NCBI RefSeq assembly: GCF_036321535.1
Contig: NC_087438.1
Location: 48,794,001 to 48,858,000 of the forward strand
DNA: 64,000 bases
Source: Camelus dromedarius
Lineage: Eukaryota
Direction of reading: 5' to 3'
The position numbers and the translations under genes are program-made. Under the pieces are notes generated by a model, which saw only the letters and a list, made by a program, of their open reading frames with translations, was not told where the DNA came from and did not search any database. Positions 26,641-39,409 of the stretch are shown piece by piece (the stretch's first letter is position 1; the number at the start of each line of letters is the position of its first letter).

Positions 26641-27964
26641 GCTGGCATTGGCACCCTGGCAAGAGGAAAAGGGCCCGGAGTCGGTCTGTGAAAGCTGCCA
26701 CCTCATTTTCACATCTCACACAAAGCTGGGAAACCCCTCTCTCCGCCTCCCCTGGCCCCAGACGCAAGCACCCATGTTTATTGTTTCAACACATCAGACC
26801 ATAAATAAGAGTTTCCAAAGGGAGAGGCCATTAGAGGACCAGGGACGCTCTGTTCTTCTGGAAGACGAGCGCTGTGCCTTTAAAAACACAAGCTCACCGA
26901 CCAGCCAGAAGAGGGGCGCCCTCTCAGGTGGTGAGTTTTTTTTGAGAAGGGGAACTAGTGTTTTGAATCTTTTTTTTCTTTTCTTTCTCAGCATCCTTAG
27001 TGCTCTGGGCAAAACAGTTTCCAAACCCACTGAAGTCTGGGAATACTGAGGGACCTTCTCAGGTTAACTTACACACTCGTCTGCACACCTTTGTACAGAC
27101 AGTAACCACAGAGGCATCCTGTGCAAGGGATGGTCTTGAATGAGGCTCCGTTGTTGCCTCAGCAAGCCACACAGAGAAGGGGAAGATGTGGTCGTCACAA
27201 GTGAGGGGCTTTTTGTTTTCTTTTTGAAGGATCCTTCCCTCTGTCCTGTCCCAGCCCCTTTTTATTCTTTTAGGACAGCTTGCTTATAAATTTTAGGAAA
27301 GACTTAAGCCAAGGAGATGAGAGAACAATCTGTTTTCCTCTTTTAACACACACATAACAAACAAAAGGACTGGATAGAAGGGTTATGTAAGTGTGGAAAA
27401 GAATGCTGCTTTTTCTCAGGAGTGGGAAAATTAATGGCGCCAAGCTTGTGGGGATCACAAAGATAAAGAACTTAAAAAAGTGAAGAGAGATTTATTCCTC
27501 ATCAGTAAAGCCCCTAGGAAAAGATTTGAGGAAGTGGGCACACAGGAACACAGGAGTGGTGGGCACCACTCTGAATGAGAGAGCCAGCCGGTGGGACTGA
27601 ATTCGGTGATTGATGCAGGATGGCTTGGGGGTTATTAAAGGTAGCTAGACAGCCGGGTTTGCTAATCTGACTTGAAACTTTTTTGAAGTACAATATATTT
27701 TTCTGCTATTCTGGTAAGTTGGGGCCGAGTAAGTTTTTCTTCTCTCTGAGCAGTGAGATGGTGATGGTCTCCCCATGGAGGGCTATCTTCAAGTTTGTTC
27801 CCAGGGAGTACCGCAGAGGTGGAAATATTGGTCTGTGTGGTTACTTCACTGCTGTAATTACACAGAAAAGGTAGGATGGGGATAAACTGGGACCACAAAA
27901 ATTAAGGATGATGAAACTAAAGTTAACAACTTCTGTTTATTGGACGAGATCCTAAAGAGATAGG

Positions 27965-28760
27965 GTCCAACCTTGCAGAAGAGAATTCCAACACACAAAC
28001 CAACAAATGTCTAGTATCAAGAATAGATAAGGAATCAATAAAGGTATGAAATCAACAGCAAGATGAAAATAAATAGCCAAATCAAAAAACTAGGTAAATG
28101 ACAGAAATAGACATCTGATGGCAACGGAAACACAAATGATGGATATGCACAGGGAGAAATGCTCCATTTCACCAGTAAGAAGGAAATGCGAATTAAACCC
28201 AGGTGAGAACCTGTTCTATACCCACCAGATAGGCAAACAATCAGGAAGTTTGAAAATATCAGGCAATGACACGAGTAGGATTCCATACTGGCTTGGAGTA
28301 TATGCTTGGGTACCAAGACATTGGAAAATGATTTGGCTTCATTGAATCACCCAGGAATTCTAGTCCTGGACGTAACCTCGAGGTAACTTCTGGCACACCT
28401 ACAAGTGGTCACTGCACACTGTTTGTAGGAGCAAAAATTATCCGAATGATGCAAAAGTTCATCAATAGGCAACTTTAAGGGCAGATAGTGATAGCAGAGT
28501 ACCATACAGCAGTGGAAAGGCAGAAATTAGAACTATACACCTGATGCAGAATCTCACAGACACTGAGTGAAGCGGGAAGAAATCCAAGATTTACAAGACT
28601 GCATATAGTATGGTGCCATTTTTCTAAAGCCCAAAGCAAGCAAATGAAATGATATATCATTTAAAGATAGTGGATTCTTATTACTTTCTCTGTAAACTTG
28701 GAGTGAACGGTGACGTAGCAAATACTGAATCGTTGCTTCTAAGGAAAATACACCCGCTCT
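27965..28760 (+). mobile_element. Old L1ME-type ORF2 end/3'UTR fragment
   Basis: Degenerate L1 motifs (tctagtatcaagaatagataagga, aggaaatgcgaattaaacc, tacccaccagataggcaa, atagtatggtgccattttt). Confidence 0.7.
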
Positions 28761-30999
28761 CCTCCCCCAAATAAATGATAGTTTTAAATTCCAAAACCAG
28801 CTCATCTGGCAGGTTCTATTTTCTTTATTTTACAAAAGAGAAAACGAGGTTCAGAGTGTGAAGTGACTTGCCTGACCCACCCATTAATGACTAAACAGCT
28901 GGGATTCAAACCCATCCAACTGACCCCAGACCCTCTGCACCACACTGCACTCTCCCCGACCTCCCCATCCTCCGGGCATCTCTGGTGAGAGCTGAAACAA
29001 GGCACAGCCTCATCTCGATGGACCCCATGGTGGGGTGGGCGTTGTACTCACTGGGTGACTCAGATCTCTCTCTGCTTTGTACACGTCCACCAATGACTGG
29101 GAGAGCGCTCATTCGTTTTGGCTGGCTGCTGTCAGCCAGGCCAGTGGACATGTCTAGTCATGTCTGAGTACTTTCTAGACATAAGCCAATCTCCCTTGGA
29201 TGTGTGTGTTCGCACAAAAATATAAACACTGGCTATCACTGAGTGCTATGACCTCTCTCAATCTAAATAACCTCATAAATTTCTCCTCTATAGGTTCCAC
29301 CGTATATTACACGTGTGATGGGACCACGATACTAAGGCTAATGACTCGTATACTCTTGGAGAAAAGCACAAAGCCCCAGATAAACACAAACAGGAGTTTT
29401 CCCTCTCCTTGCTATGAAAAGAAGTTGTTACAGGTTTTAATCTGCTTTTGAGAGAACATTTTGAAACCCATTTCTCCCTAGTTACTGGAATGGATGAGGT
29501 GAGGACAGCAGAGCCATGAGGAGCTAACATGTCGACAAATGCCAGCAGACTTTTCTCTGTGGATCAGCGAGAATGCTGCAAAATAAAATGGAAGAATATC
29601 CCACTCACCACCACAGTAAAAGACATAAAATTGTCAGAAAACCTAAACAGGGAATGTTGTGAGACCCCTATGAATACAGGGAGAAAACTTTATTGAGAGA
29701 CAAAATAAGGCTCGAATAGCCCAAGTCACTCCCTAGAAGACCAGATGGCAATATTATCTGTTAAAACCTGGAAGTTCTTCACAAATTAACTTATTGTTGT
29801 GAGACAACCATGATTAAAATCCCAGAGAGGTTTTGGAGGAAAAAAATGGGCAAAAATATTTTCAAAGTAACCTATAAGTATAACTGTTACCCCAAAAGAT
29901 AAAGAGGAAAGACCCCAGTCCTTATCTTAGCCAAAAGACAAGATTGCAGATGGGAGATGGAGTGCATTGTGTAGTGAAAGATTTTAAAGGATTTATTTAG
30001 GAAAAGAAAAGTTCACCTCCAAGAACAGGAGGTGGGCTGATCCATGGAGGAAAAGCATCCGTTTTTGTCTCTTTCTCTTAATACCCTCACTTACAGGTGG
30101 TCTCCTGATTGATGACGGCGCTTGTCCCTGGAATGCTTAGTCATGTTTGGCCCCTTTTGGGCATGTCCATAGTGTACACAGAAAAACCCATGGGGGCCGT
30201 GTGTGGCTAAACAGCAATTTATACAATGAACACTGGATCATTTCCAGTTAAATCCTTTCTGCTACCACGCAGTCATGGCTGTCAGGTTCTAAATGGTTTC
30301 TTGCTGGCACTCATTTGGAAGAAGTAAAGTCCTTTTAGGGTGGAGGTGGGCATAATGCCATCTTCTGAACCATCCTCCCTCTCCTCCACCTGTCTGCCTG
30401 GTGCCCCCACTTATCTAACTACCTAACATAATGAGTAGCGAATAGCTAAGACAATGTTGAAAATGGAGACTATTCCTGGATGCTGCGTAGACACGGTGGA
30501 TCACCATGGCCTGCTGGCTGCATCTTCTAGTATCAACCCTACAGAAACTAGTGAAGTAAGATGAAAGCAGGGATTTCTGGAACTAAAAAATAAGTAAGCA
30601 CCACTTGGGCAGACTGAAACCTATGTATGTGCGTGTGTGATGGGAGAGGAGGGCTGGAGGAAGTGGAGGGGGTTGCAGGCAGGACCCAGGGCCACCGGAG
30701 GTAGGTGGGGGAGGATGGGTTGGAGAGACACCAAGCTCTGCTTTCCTGTGTGATCTCAGGAGCATCCTTACCTGCCCCAGGACCATCGAAATAAGCTCTG
30801 TAGCTCAGGCCACTGATATCCCTGTAATATCAGAGCAGCAAAAACCCTATGGGGAAGAGCAGTTAAGAAAGGACATTTCTTCTTCTCTGCCTCTTTTTCC
30901 CAATCCCCAAATTTGGTGATTTTTCTATATTTAAAAAACTGCCTTCTAATATTGCTGTTTCTTTCTAAGAGTTTAAAGGGCCACAGGTAAAGGAGGTCT

Positions 31000-31690
31000 C
31001 AGGTATACGTAGCTTTAAAATATATTGATTAGGAAATAAGAATGGTTAAGAGCAAAAATAAGCCAAGGGTTTAACTCACAAATTGGAAAAAGAATAACAG
31101 AACATTCAAAGAAACAAAAAGGAAGGGAAAAAAGGAACAGAAATACGGAAATGAATAAAAGAGTGCACATGTATTCACCTACACAGTCACAAAGGAGGAA
31201 CAGAGAATAACCAAGCTCAGTGCTGTTTCTTTAATGTGTTCCTGGTAGTGACTGATTCTAGAAGAAATGATCAAGGAAAAAACACGCAAGTGTACCAAAT
31301 ACAGTGTGAAAAGGGAGAAATTACTACAGATAAGACTTCTTACTTAGAGATCACATTAAGAAAATGACTAGAAAAGGCACGATCTGGAAGAAAATATTTG
31401 CAAAGCTTATATCTGACAAAGAACCTGAGTCCAGAATATATAAAGTGCTCCTATAACTCAAGAACAAAAAGCTGAGCCACTCCAACAAAAACTCAACCGA
31501 ATCTTCACAAAGAAGAATGTAAACGTGACCAACGAGGACATGAAAAAGCTTTTAATGTCATTAATCACAGGGAAAGGCGAATTAAAACCACAATGAGATA
31601 CTATACACCCACTAGAAGGTGTAAAATTTTAAAAGACTGTTGATGCCAAATGTTGACAAGGATGTGAAACTACTGGAACTTTCCTAAGTT
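31000..31690 (+). mobile_element. Old L1 ORF2 fragments
   Basis: tggaagaaaatatttgcaaagcttatatctgacaaag, attaaaaccacaatgagatactatacacccactagaa, aaatgttgacaaggatgtg. Confidence 0.75.
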
Positions 31691-32430
31691 GCTGGTGGCA
31701 GTGGGTGAGCCAAAGGCAGGGGAGCGAGTGGCCATCCTGGGCGCAGGCAGTAAGGGGGTGGGTGCGTTGTCTGCAGAGAATTTAAAAACAATAATAAAAC
31801 TGCGTATAAGTCGGTCTGCTTTTTATTATCAACATATGCCAGCAATTCTAAACAACATTAGTGATAAAGCACTTCTCCCTGAAAAATATCTTTTTGTTGG
31901 TCTCACTGCTAAACAATTGTTGCGGGTTAGTCTTGAGTTTTAATAAAGTACATGTAAGCTTCAGATTAGCACCTTTTTATTATTGATCCTTTAATAATCA
32001 CCACGTTTTACACGGAGTCCAGTCCTCCCAGTCATGTCAGCCTCCTGCACACTCACACTCAGCTACATGTGTTTTGAGAACAAGCCCCTTAAGATCCAAA
32101 ATCTTTTCAGCTGCCTTCAGAACACACTTCTTTTTTTTTTCGGTCTCCAACTCCTGTGCAGTCCACATGCCTGTATTTAAACAATAGATTTAAATAATGA
32201 AAACACAGTGATTGTAAAGTCAAAGAAACAGAACTTTAGTTACTTGAATTTTGTTACTCCGTGTGACCACTTGAAGGTTTTATTTGCGTTTAAAATGTAC
32301 GACCGGAATAGAGGCCGAACTGTTAGGTCTAGTATTTTTATTTAGAGAAGTGAACGTTTTAATTCATGGGTGAAATATTTTGCTGAATTTGAGTAACATT
32401 TTGAAAATTGAACATTGGTTTACTTTCAAT

Positions 32431-33056
32431 TTATTATTGATTTATTTTAAATTGAAGTGTAAATGACATACAATGTTATAGTAGTTTTCAGTATACAACA
32501 GTGATTCAGCATTTATATATATTGCAAGGTGATCACCACAATGAGTCTAGATCCTGTCTGTCCTCATTTAAAGTTTTTATAATATTATTAACTATATTCC
32601 CTATTCTGTATAATTTATTGCCACCATTTATTTATAACTGGAAGTTTGTGCTTCTTAACCTCCTTCATCTGTTTCACCTGTCTCCACCCCCTTCCTCTCT
32701 GGCAAACACAGTTTCTTCTTGGTATCTGTGGATCTGTTTCTGTTTCGTTTTGTTTGTTTTGTTTTTTAGATTCTATACATAAGTGAAATCATACAATATT
32801 TGTCTTTTGCTTTCTGACTTATTTCACTTAGCACAATACCCTCTGGNNNNNNNNNNNNNNNNNNNNNNNNNNNNNNNNNNNNNNNNNNNNNNNNNNNNNN
32901 NNNNNNNNNNNNNNNNNNNNNNNNNNNNNNNNNNNNNNNNNNNNNNNNNNNNNNNNNNNNNNNNNNNNNNNNNNNNNNNNNNNNNNTAAATAATGCTGCG
33001 GTGAACATAAGGGTGTATATATATCCTTTTGAAATAGCATTTTCAGTTTCTTTTTT
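32431..33056 (-). mobile_element. L1MA9-like 3' end, partly N-masked
   Basis: aattgaagtgtaaatgacatacaatg ... ataagtgaaatcatacaatatttgtc ... aataatgctgcggtgaacata. 140 N at 32847-32986. Confidence 0.9.
32847..32986. other. N run (140 nt) inside L1
   Basis: Direct observation. Confidence 1.
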
Positions 33057-33254
33057 AGTCAACTGGGTATTTAAACCTAAAGAATGAATCAGGAAAATAA
33101 TGATTATCACTGATTATTACATGAAAATTACTGAAAATACTTTTGTTCTATAGCAAAGAGAGCTAAAATATCTACTCCCTCTGTCAAACACTCCAGGTAC
33201 GCTGCTGTTTGGTGAGAGTTTAAAACGAGATAATCAAAGTCAGAAAGGTTTGGG

Positions 33255-33820
33255 AGTTTATTGTAAAGTTAAACATACACTTAGACTTGGCCCAGCAATT
33301 CTACTTCTAGGTATGTATCCAAGAGAAATAACAACATGTGTCCAAAAGAATTGTACAAGAGTGCAAAGGGCAGCTTTATTCACAATAGCTGAAAACTGGA
33401 AGCAACCCAAATGTTCAGTTACAGGAGAATAGATAAACAAATTGTAGTATATTTCATAAACAAAATACTTTTCATCAATGAAAGAACAAACACTGACATA
33501 TGTGCAGTAGGGATGCATCTTGCAGGCATTGCTATGCAGAGTCAGGGAAGACACGAGCACAGGTACCTACAGTGTGATTTCATTTATATGAAGTTCTAAA
33601 ACAGGCCCCAAAAAACCAATCTAAAGTGAAAAAAAAAAAAACAAACCAGTGGGTGGTCTTCTCTGATGAGGGTCTGAGGGAGGGAGTACTGATTAGGAAG
33701 GGACAGGAGGAAACATTCTGTGGAAGTGAGAATGTTTTATATGATAATAGGGTGTGAGTCAAGATTGTGTGGCTAAGTTTGTGCGTTACAATGTATATAA
33801 GTTATCCATTAAAAAACTAA
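33255..33820 (+). mobile_element. Old L1 (L1MB/ME-type) 3' end
   Basis: cccagcaattctacttctaggtatgtatccaagagaaa, cagctttattcacaatagc, aactggaagcaacccaaatg, ending in an A tail. Confidence 0.8.
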
Positions 33821-33988
33821 GATTGCTTTAAAAAAAAGTTTCTGCACAGCAGAAGAAACAATCAACAAATGACAAGGCAACCTATGAAATGGGAGCAAAT
33901 ATTGGCAAATGATTTATCAGATAAGAGGTTAATATCCAAAATATATAAAGAATTCATACAACTCGATAACCAAAACACAAACAGTCCA

Positions 33989-34064
33989 GAGTTACTCAGT
34001 TTTTCTGGGTCTCTCCAGTGTACACATATTATTAAACTTTTGTTTGATTTTCTCCTTAAAAAAA
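33989..34064 (+). pseudogene. Short processed retrocopy of an ERV1 LTR (MER34/MER39-group-like) transcript 3' end
   Basis: Interrupts the L1 linker. ATTAAA at 34031-34036, A7 at 34058-34064, TSD aaacagtcca (33979-33988) / aaatagtcca (34062-34071). LTR identity rests on the recalled motif attaaacttttgtttgattttctcc. Confidence 0.7.
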
Positions 34065-34280
34065 TAGTCCAATTAAAACATGGACAGAGGGACTGAATAG
34101 ACATTTTCCCAAAGAAGACATCCAAATGGCCAACAGGTACATGGAAATGTGCTCTACCAACATCAGTAATCATCAGGGAAATACAAATCAAAACCACAAT
34201 GAGCTATCACCTCACTCCTGTAAGAATGGCCATCTGACAGAATGGCCAGAAGACAAGGGATAACAAGTGTCAGTGAGAAT

Positions 34281-34446
34281 NNNNNNNNNNNNNNNNNNNN
34301 NNNNNNNNNNNNNNNNNNNNNNNNNNNNNNNNNNNNNNNNNNNNNNNNNNNNNNNNNNNNNNNNNNNNNNNNNNNNNNNNNNNNNNNNNNNNNNNNNNNN
34401 NNNNNNNNNNNNNNNNNNNNNNNNNNNNNNNNNNNNNNNNNNNNNN
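34281..34446. other. N run (166 nt) inside L1
   Basis: Direct observation. Confidence 1.
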
Positions 34447-37049
34447 AAAAGTTACCTGCACTCCCATGTTTATTGCAGCATTATTCACAATAGCAAAGAT
34501 AGAGAAACAATCTGAGTGTCTATCAATGGATCCCACACAAAGGAATATTATTCAACTGTGAAAAAGAAGTCAGTCTTGCCATTTGCTACCCATGGATGGA
34601 CCCTGAGGGCATTATGCTAAGTGAGATGTCAGAGAAAAACAAATACTGTATGATGTCACTTGTGTGTGGAATCTAAAGAAGCTGAACTTGGTAAAAATAG
34701 ACAGTAGAATGTTGGTTACCGAGGGCTGGGGATGGAGGTGGGGTTGGTGAGACGTTGTTTAAGGGAAAAAGTTTGCAACTAGTAGATAAATAAGTTCTAG
34801 AGATCTAAAACCCAGTGTACCCATGATAGTCAGCCATACTGCATTACAAACTTCAAAGTTGCTAAGAGACTAGATTTCAATTGTTCTCACCACAAAAAAA
34901 GAAATGGCCATTACGGGATGTGATAGAGATGTTAGCTAAAGCTATGGTGGTAATCATTTAATCAACATAAAATCAACATAAAAATGATCAAATCAACATG
35001 TTGAGAACCTTAAACTTGAGGTTATATGTCAACTACATCTCAATAGAAAAAAATTGAAAATAATTTAAAAATTAAAATAAAAATAATCCAATGGAGGGGG
35101 GGTGAGGGTGGGTGGGAGAAGAGATGATAATGAAATGTCAGGATGCCGATCATATTTGCAGCTGAGTAATTGGTACATGGATATTCATTATGCTAGATTG
35201 TTTTCTTTGAATGTTCTGAAATTTTCCATAATAGTAAAAAAAAAATGCAAAACAATGCATGAATAGAATACATTTTTACAAGAGCACATTAAATAAAAGT
35301 ATAGATCTGAAACACACCAAAATTGTTGCTCAAAGGGAGGAGGGGGGAGGAGTGGGAGGATGGAGATGCTATGGAACAAAGAAAGAAATCCAGAGAAGGG
35401 CCTAGCACGGAACAATGCTGACAGTGTGAACTGGGGACGTCTTTTATTTGCTCCCACCTGTCTCTCATTCTCTTTATCTCTGTAATTGTACATTTAAAAA
35501 ATTATTTTACTTTCATTTTAAATGGGTTTTAGAAGAGCGAGGATAGAAACACGTGTGGTCAATATGGCACATTTAATGAGAAGTCTATAAATAATTCTGA
35601 TAACAGATAAGTTTATAATGCTTAATATAAAAAGGACACACGGTATTATAAACAGTGTGATCTCAAGCAGGTTATAATGCCCGGAAAAAATAAAGGAAGA
35701 AAAGTATCAAAGTGTGAATTTATACTGCCTACATAAAATACCGTTGATTTTTAGCTTCTCCTTAATCCTTTTATTTCCAAGTGTCCTCAGTGAGCGAGAA
35801 AGACTTTTGTAATCAGAAGAAAGCTTTTTTTTTTTTTTTTAATAGAACTGCAAATATAAGTAAGATCACCAAGTAGAGAAAATGTTTGGAAGAAATTAAA
35901 GTTCATCTCAGTTGGAAGTGTTTTTCTCCAGGCACAGTGTGCACCTTTGACCTTGGACGCTGCAGATTCCACCCCCATGAACGAGAAGTAGACAAACAAT
36001 GCCATGTGTTTGCCAGACTCTATTGATTATCTCATTTGTTCGTTATAGTCATCACAGAGGCAGATTACTTTCTCCCCCATTTATAGATGAAGAAACTAAG
36101 GCACAGATTCAGCACACTCATGGCCCGAGGCTGGTTCATGGCGGAGCCAGACTTCAGACCCACCACGCTTCACTCTAGAGTGGTTAATGCCTTAGCCACT
36201 CCATTGCAGTCTCTTACATGTATATATACGTGTACGTGTGTGTGCATGTGTCCCTATCTAAATCCCTGTACATATTTGTGCTTATGTCTACACGTGTGTT
36301 CATGCAGTCAGGAGCACGCGTTGGCTCTTGCACAACTGATAAAGTGAGGGCGGGAAAGAAGGGCAGCAGGGCGTCTCTCTGGGAACTGCGATAACAAACA
36401 CTAGAGGTGGCTTGGGGTCTGAATTCTCACTCCTTCTCTTTCTCCTACTCTTTTCCATGCCAGTAAATCACCCCCGGCCCACGGGTGAAGGATGCCTTGG
36501 GCTTCCTGAGTGTGTTCAGGAAACGAGCAGCACTCACACCTGTTTAGGCTTATGCGCTCTGACAGCTTTAGAGGCACAGAATGGCCCCAGGTCTCTGGTC
36601 TGAGTCTGGTGGGTGGAGAGGGCGTCTCACAAGCCAGGATGCATTAAAAGTTCATGGCAGCTGCCTAGAAACTACTGCGGTGTTTCCCATTAAAGACAAG
36701 CTAGTTTAAACTCCCCAGCATTTCCAGGCATGTAGGAGTTTGGGGCTCTGGGGTTCTTTCCATCCTGTTGTCTCAGAGCTCGAATCAAACGATGCCACAC
36801 GTAATACTGCCCTAGGCCCCGAGAAAGAGGTGATTTGAATGATTTGGGATGGTCCCGCTTTCTTTAAAAAGGGCTCACTAGTTTTTAAGACTTTTTCACT
36901 TGCAGGCAGTAATTCCTGATGTGACAGCCTGGGGCCACATGCCTGATCCTAGCTGGCAAAGGATTTACTCTGCACAGTTCTTGTCCATATAGTTCTCTTT
37001 TGCTTGTGAAAGAGTACGCCCCCAGATTAATTTTCTTTTGTCCGCCCTC

Positions 37050-37585
37050 TTTTTAATGAGCACTTTATTGAGATTCACATATCATACAATTCACCCATTT
37101 AAATGGACAATTCAGTGCTGTTTAGTGTATTCGCAAAGGTGTGCAACCATCACCACAGTCAATTTTAGAACCTCTTCATTGTTCTGAAAAGAAACCTAGC
37201 ACCCAGAGTGTGGTTTCCAATGCCATTCTCCAATAAAAGAAACCGGAGTTCTGTGGGAAAATGACCGATTCTAGGACTGGACAGGAAATATATGAGATGA
37301 ACCTGGAGCATCTTGTGGTGCCAGAAAGTGAAAAAGCGCTAAAACAAACGAAAACAAAAGAAACAGCCAAAACCCACCAAACTCTACATTCACGGATCAT
37401 GTCAACTCAAAGAGCTTCCAATGGCCAAAGCTGGACCAACGTGAGCAGCAAAACGTATGAGCGTTGGATTATAACCTAAAGTATGAAAGAAAATAGATAT
37501 CCACGTGTTCATACTGATACAGAGAAATGATTAAATAAATAACTGGGGAGAAAAGACAGAGCTGCAGTGCAAAAGAATTCCAGGT
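37050..37585. mobile_element. Two abutting old L1 3' pieces in opposite orientation
   Basis: 37050-37205 is an antisense L1MB-like 3' end (tttattgagattcacatatcatacaattcacccattt). 37205-37585 is a sense L1MC/MD-like 3'UTR (gatgaacctggagcatcttgtggtgccagaaag). Confidence 0.7.
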
Positions 37586-37589
37586 CATT

Positions 37590-38950
37590 TATGAATATTA
37601 CCTATGAGACATTGTGACCACGTCTTCCTTTATCGCCTAGTTGCCTTTCTTATTTTGCAGTCTTTGTCTGTTAAATCCAGTATCTGTGCCCTGTCACAGG
37701 CAGTTTCTGTTTCTTCGGTCCCTGGCTGTAGGTCATACTTTGTTGTTTCCTTTCCTGTCTCATAATTTTTTGTTGAAAACTGGACATTTTTAGGGAATAT
37801 AAAATAGCTACTTTGGATCCTGATCTCCTTTGGGGCTTGTTTTTGGTGCTGTTTACTTGTTTATTTGGCTGGTGCCTTTCAGTGAAATCTGCTTCCCCCA
37901 TAGCATGAACGTCATGACGTCACCTCCCAGAGGGTGAGACTTGGTCATGCACACAGCCACCCGAGGATAGCAGTGGTCTAAATGGGGCTCTCCTTGACTG
38001 TTTTTCTCCTTGGTTTGACTATTAAGGTGTCTGTCTGGTTAGGTATCCCACCCAGCTGATGGTCTCCTCTGCCTGCTGGCTGATTGCACTACTGTTTTTG
38101 ACAATGCCAGGGGCATGAATTGCTCCTCAGTCTGGTCCTATTAAATCCAGCACCTTTGCAGGGGCAGGCTGACGTTTGTTCTGGCCCCAGGAGGGCTTTT
38201 CTTAGCCACTTCTTTCCCTTGCTCTCTCTGGTGAACCAGCTGGCCTGCAGTTTAATTTGTCTTGCGCCTAGAGCGACCAGCTGCCTCTTAATTGCTTGCC
38301 ACCGAAACTTCCAGCGCTTTTGAGAGCATCCTTAGGCTTGAACTTCCCCACCGTCTGTTTCAAATAAAGTCAGTTCCCTTGGGAAGAGCTTTGGCGCTCT
38401 CTGTTCCTGTGGTCTGCCTTACTCCCAGGCAAAAGCTCTGAGTCCCTGGGTAGAGAGTGACACCCTTGCCTTAGGAGCAGGGTGCTGGGCAGGGGCAGTG
38501 GGCTTCGGTCTTCTCTGTGTGTTTCTCCCAGCATGGAATCTCCACCCTTGGAGCAGGCTGAGATGAGGGCACCTGGAGCTCCAGTATTCTTGCCCTGCCA
38601 TGTCTGAGGTAGGACCTCTCCCTTGTGAGTCGGGGATTGAAGGAAGGAAGGGAGCAGCCTCTCAGCCGCACTGCCAGAAACCTATCCTGCAAGTCAGAGC
38701 TGAAGAGGATGAGCAACCCTGGTGGCTGTTCCCTCTCAGCGAGACACTGTGTCCCTTGACTAGGAGATGAGGGGAGAGGGTCCCTCCCCTTCTTCTTGGC
38801 CACGCCTGCCCAGAGTGGAGTTCCCATCTCTCCGAGTGCGGGAGAGGTGGGAGGAGGGAGGGATGGCTTGTGGCTCAAGGGCCACAGATCTTACTGCCCT
38901 TACCAAGATTTAGTAGCTTCTTAAATAAATGTTTCTGTGTGCCCTGAGGA
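37590..38950 (-). mobile_element. Old L1M 5'-region fragment
   Basis: cataattttttgttgaaaactggacatttt and caaataaagtcagttcccttgggaagag-like motifs recalled from antisense L1M4/L1MC-type 5' regions. Highly degenerate. Confidence 0.55.
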
Positions 38951-39098
38951 CAATTTCCAGAAACTTTATATGGTTGCTTTGTAAAGTAGTTTTCACTAGT
39001 TAGGGTCATTTTGCTGGGGAATGAGTCTATGGAGCTCTTCCCACCGCCATTTTGAAGGTGGAATTCCTTTTATTTTCTTGCCCTGAATCTAAACCGTA

Positions 39099-39409
39099 TA
39101 GTTGCCCCTCAGCATTCTTGGGGGGTTGGTTCCGGGACCCCCAGGGATACCGAATCCCTGGATGCTCAAGTCCCTTGTATAAAATTGGTGTAGTATTTGC
39201 ATATAGTCCACGCACATCCTCCTGCACACTTTAACCACGTCTAGATTACTTATAATACCTAATACAATGTAAAGACTATGTAAATAGTTGTTGGTTCATG
39301 GTTAATTCAAGTTTAGCTTTTGGGAACTTTCTGGAATTAAAAAAAAAATTTTTTTTGATTCATGGTTGAATCCACAAATGTGGACCCTGTGGATGTGGAG
39401 GACCGACGG
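39099..39409 (+). mobile_element. MER2-type (MER2B-like) Tigger MITE
   Basis: ggttccgggacccccagggataccgaatccctggatgctcaagtcccttgtataaaa ... ctagattacttataatacctaatacaatgtaaa ... ggatgtggaggaccgac, with a degenerate terminal inverted repeat. Confidence 0.9.

Larger units (their letters stand above)
33831..35080 (+). mobile_element. L1MA9-like ORF2 C-terminus plus 3'UTR, partly N-masked, with a 76-bp insert
   Basis: ctgcacagcagaagaaacaatcaac, aaagaagacatccaaatggccaacagg, ttgctaagagactagatt, gttatatgtcaactacatctcaat plus A-rich tail. 166 N at 34281-34446. Confidence 0.92.

Noticed and set aside
26893-26920. CTCF-like motif ccagaagaggggcgcc
   Set aside because: Spacing is off by one base from the core consensus. 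Too weak to call.
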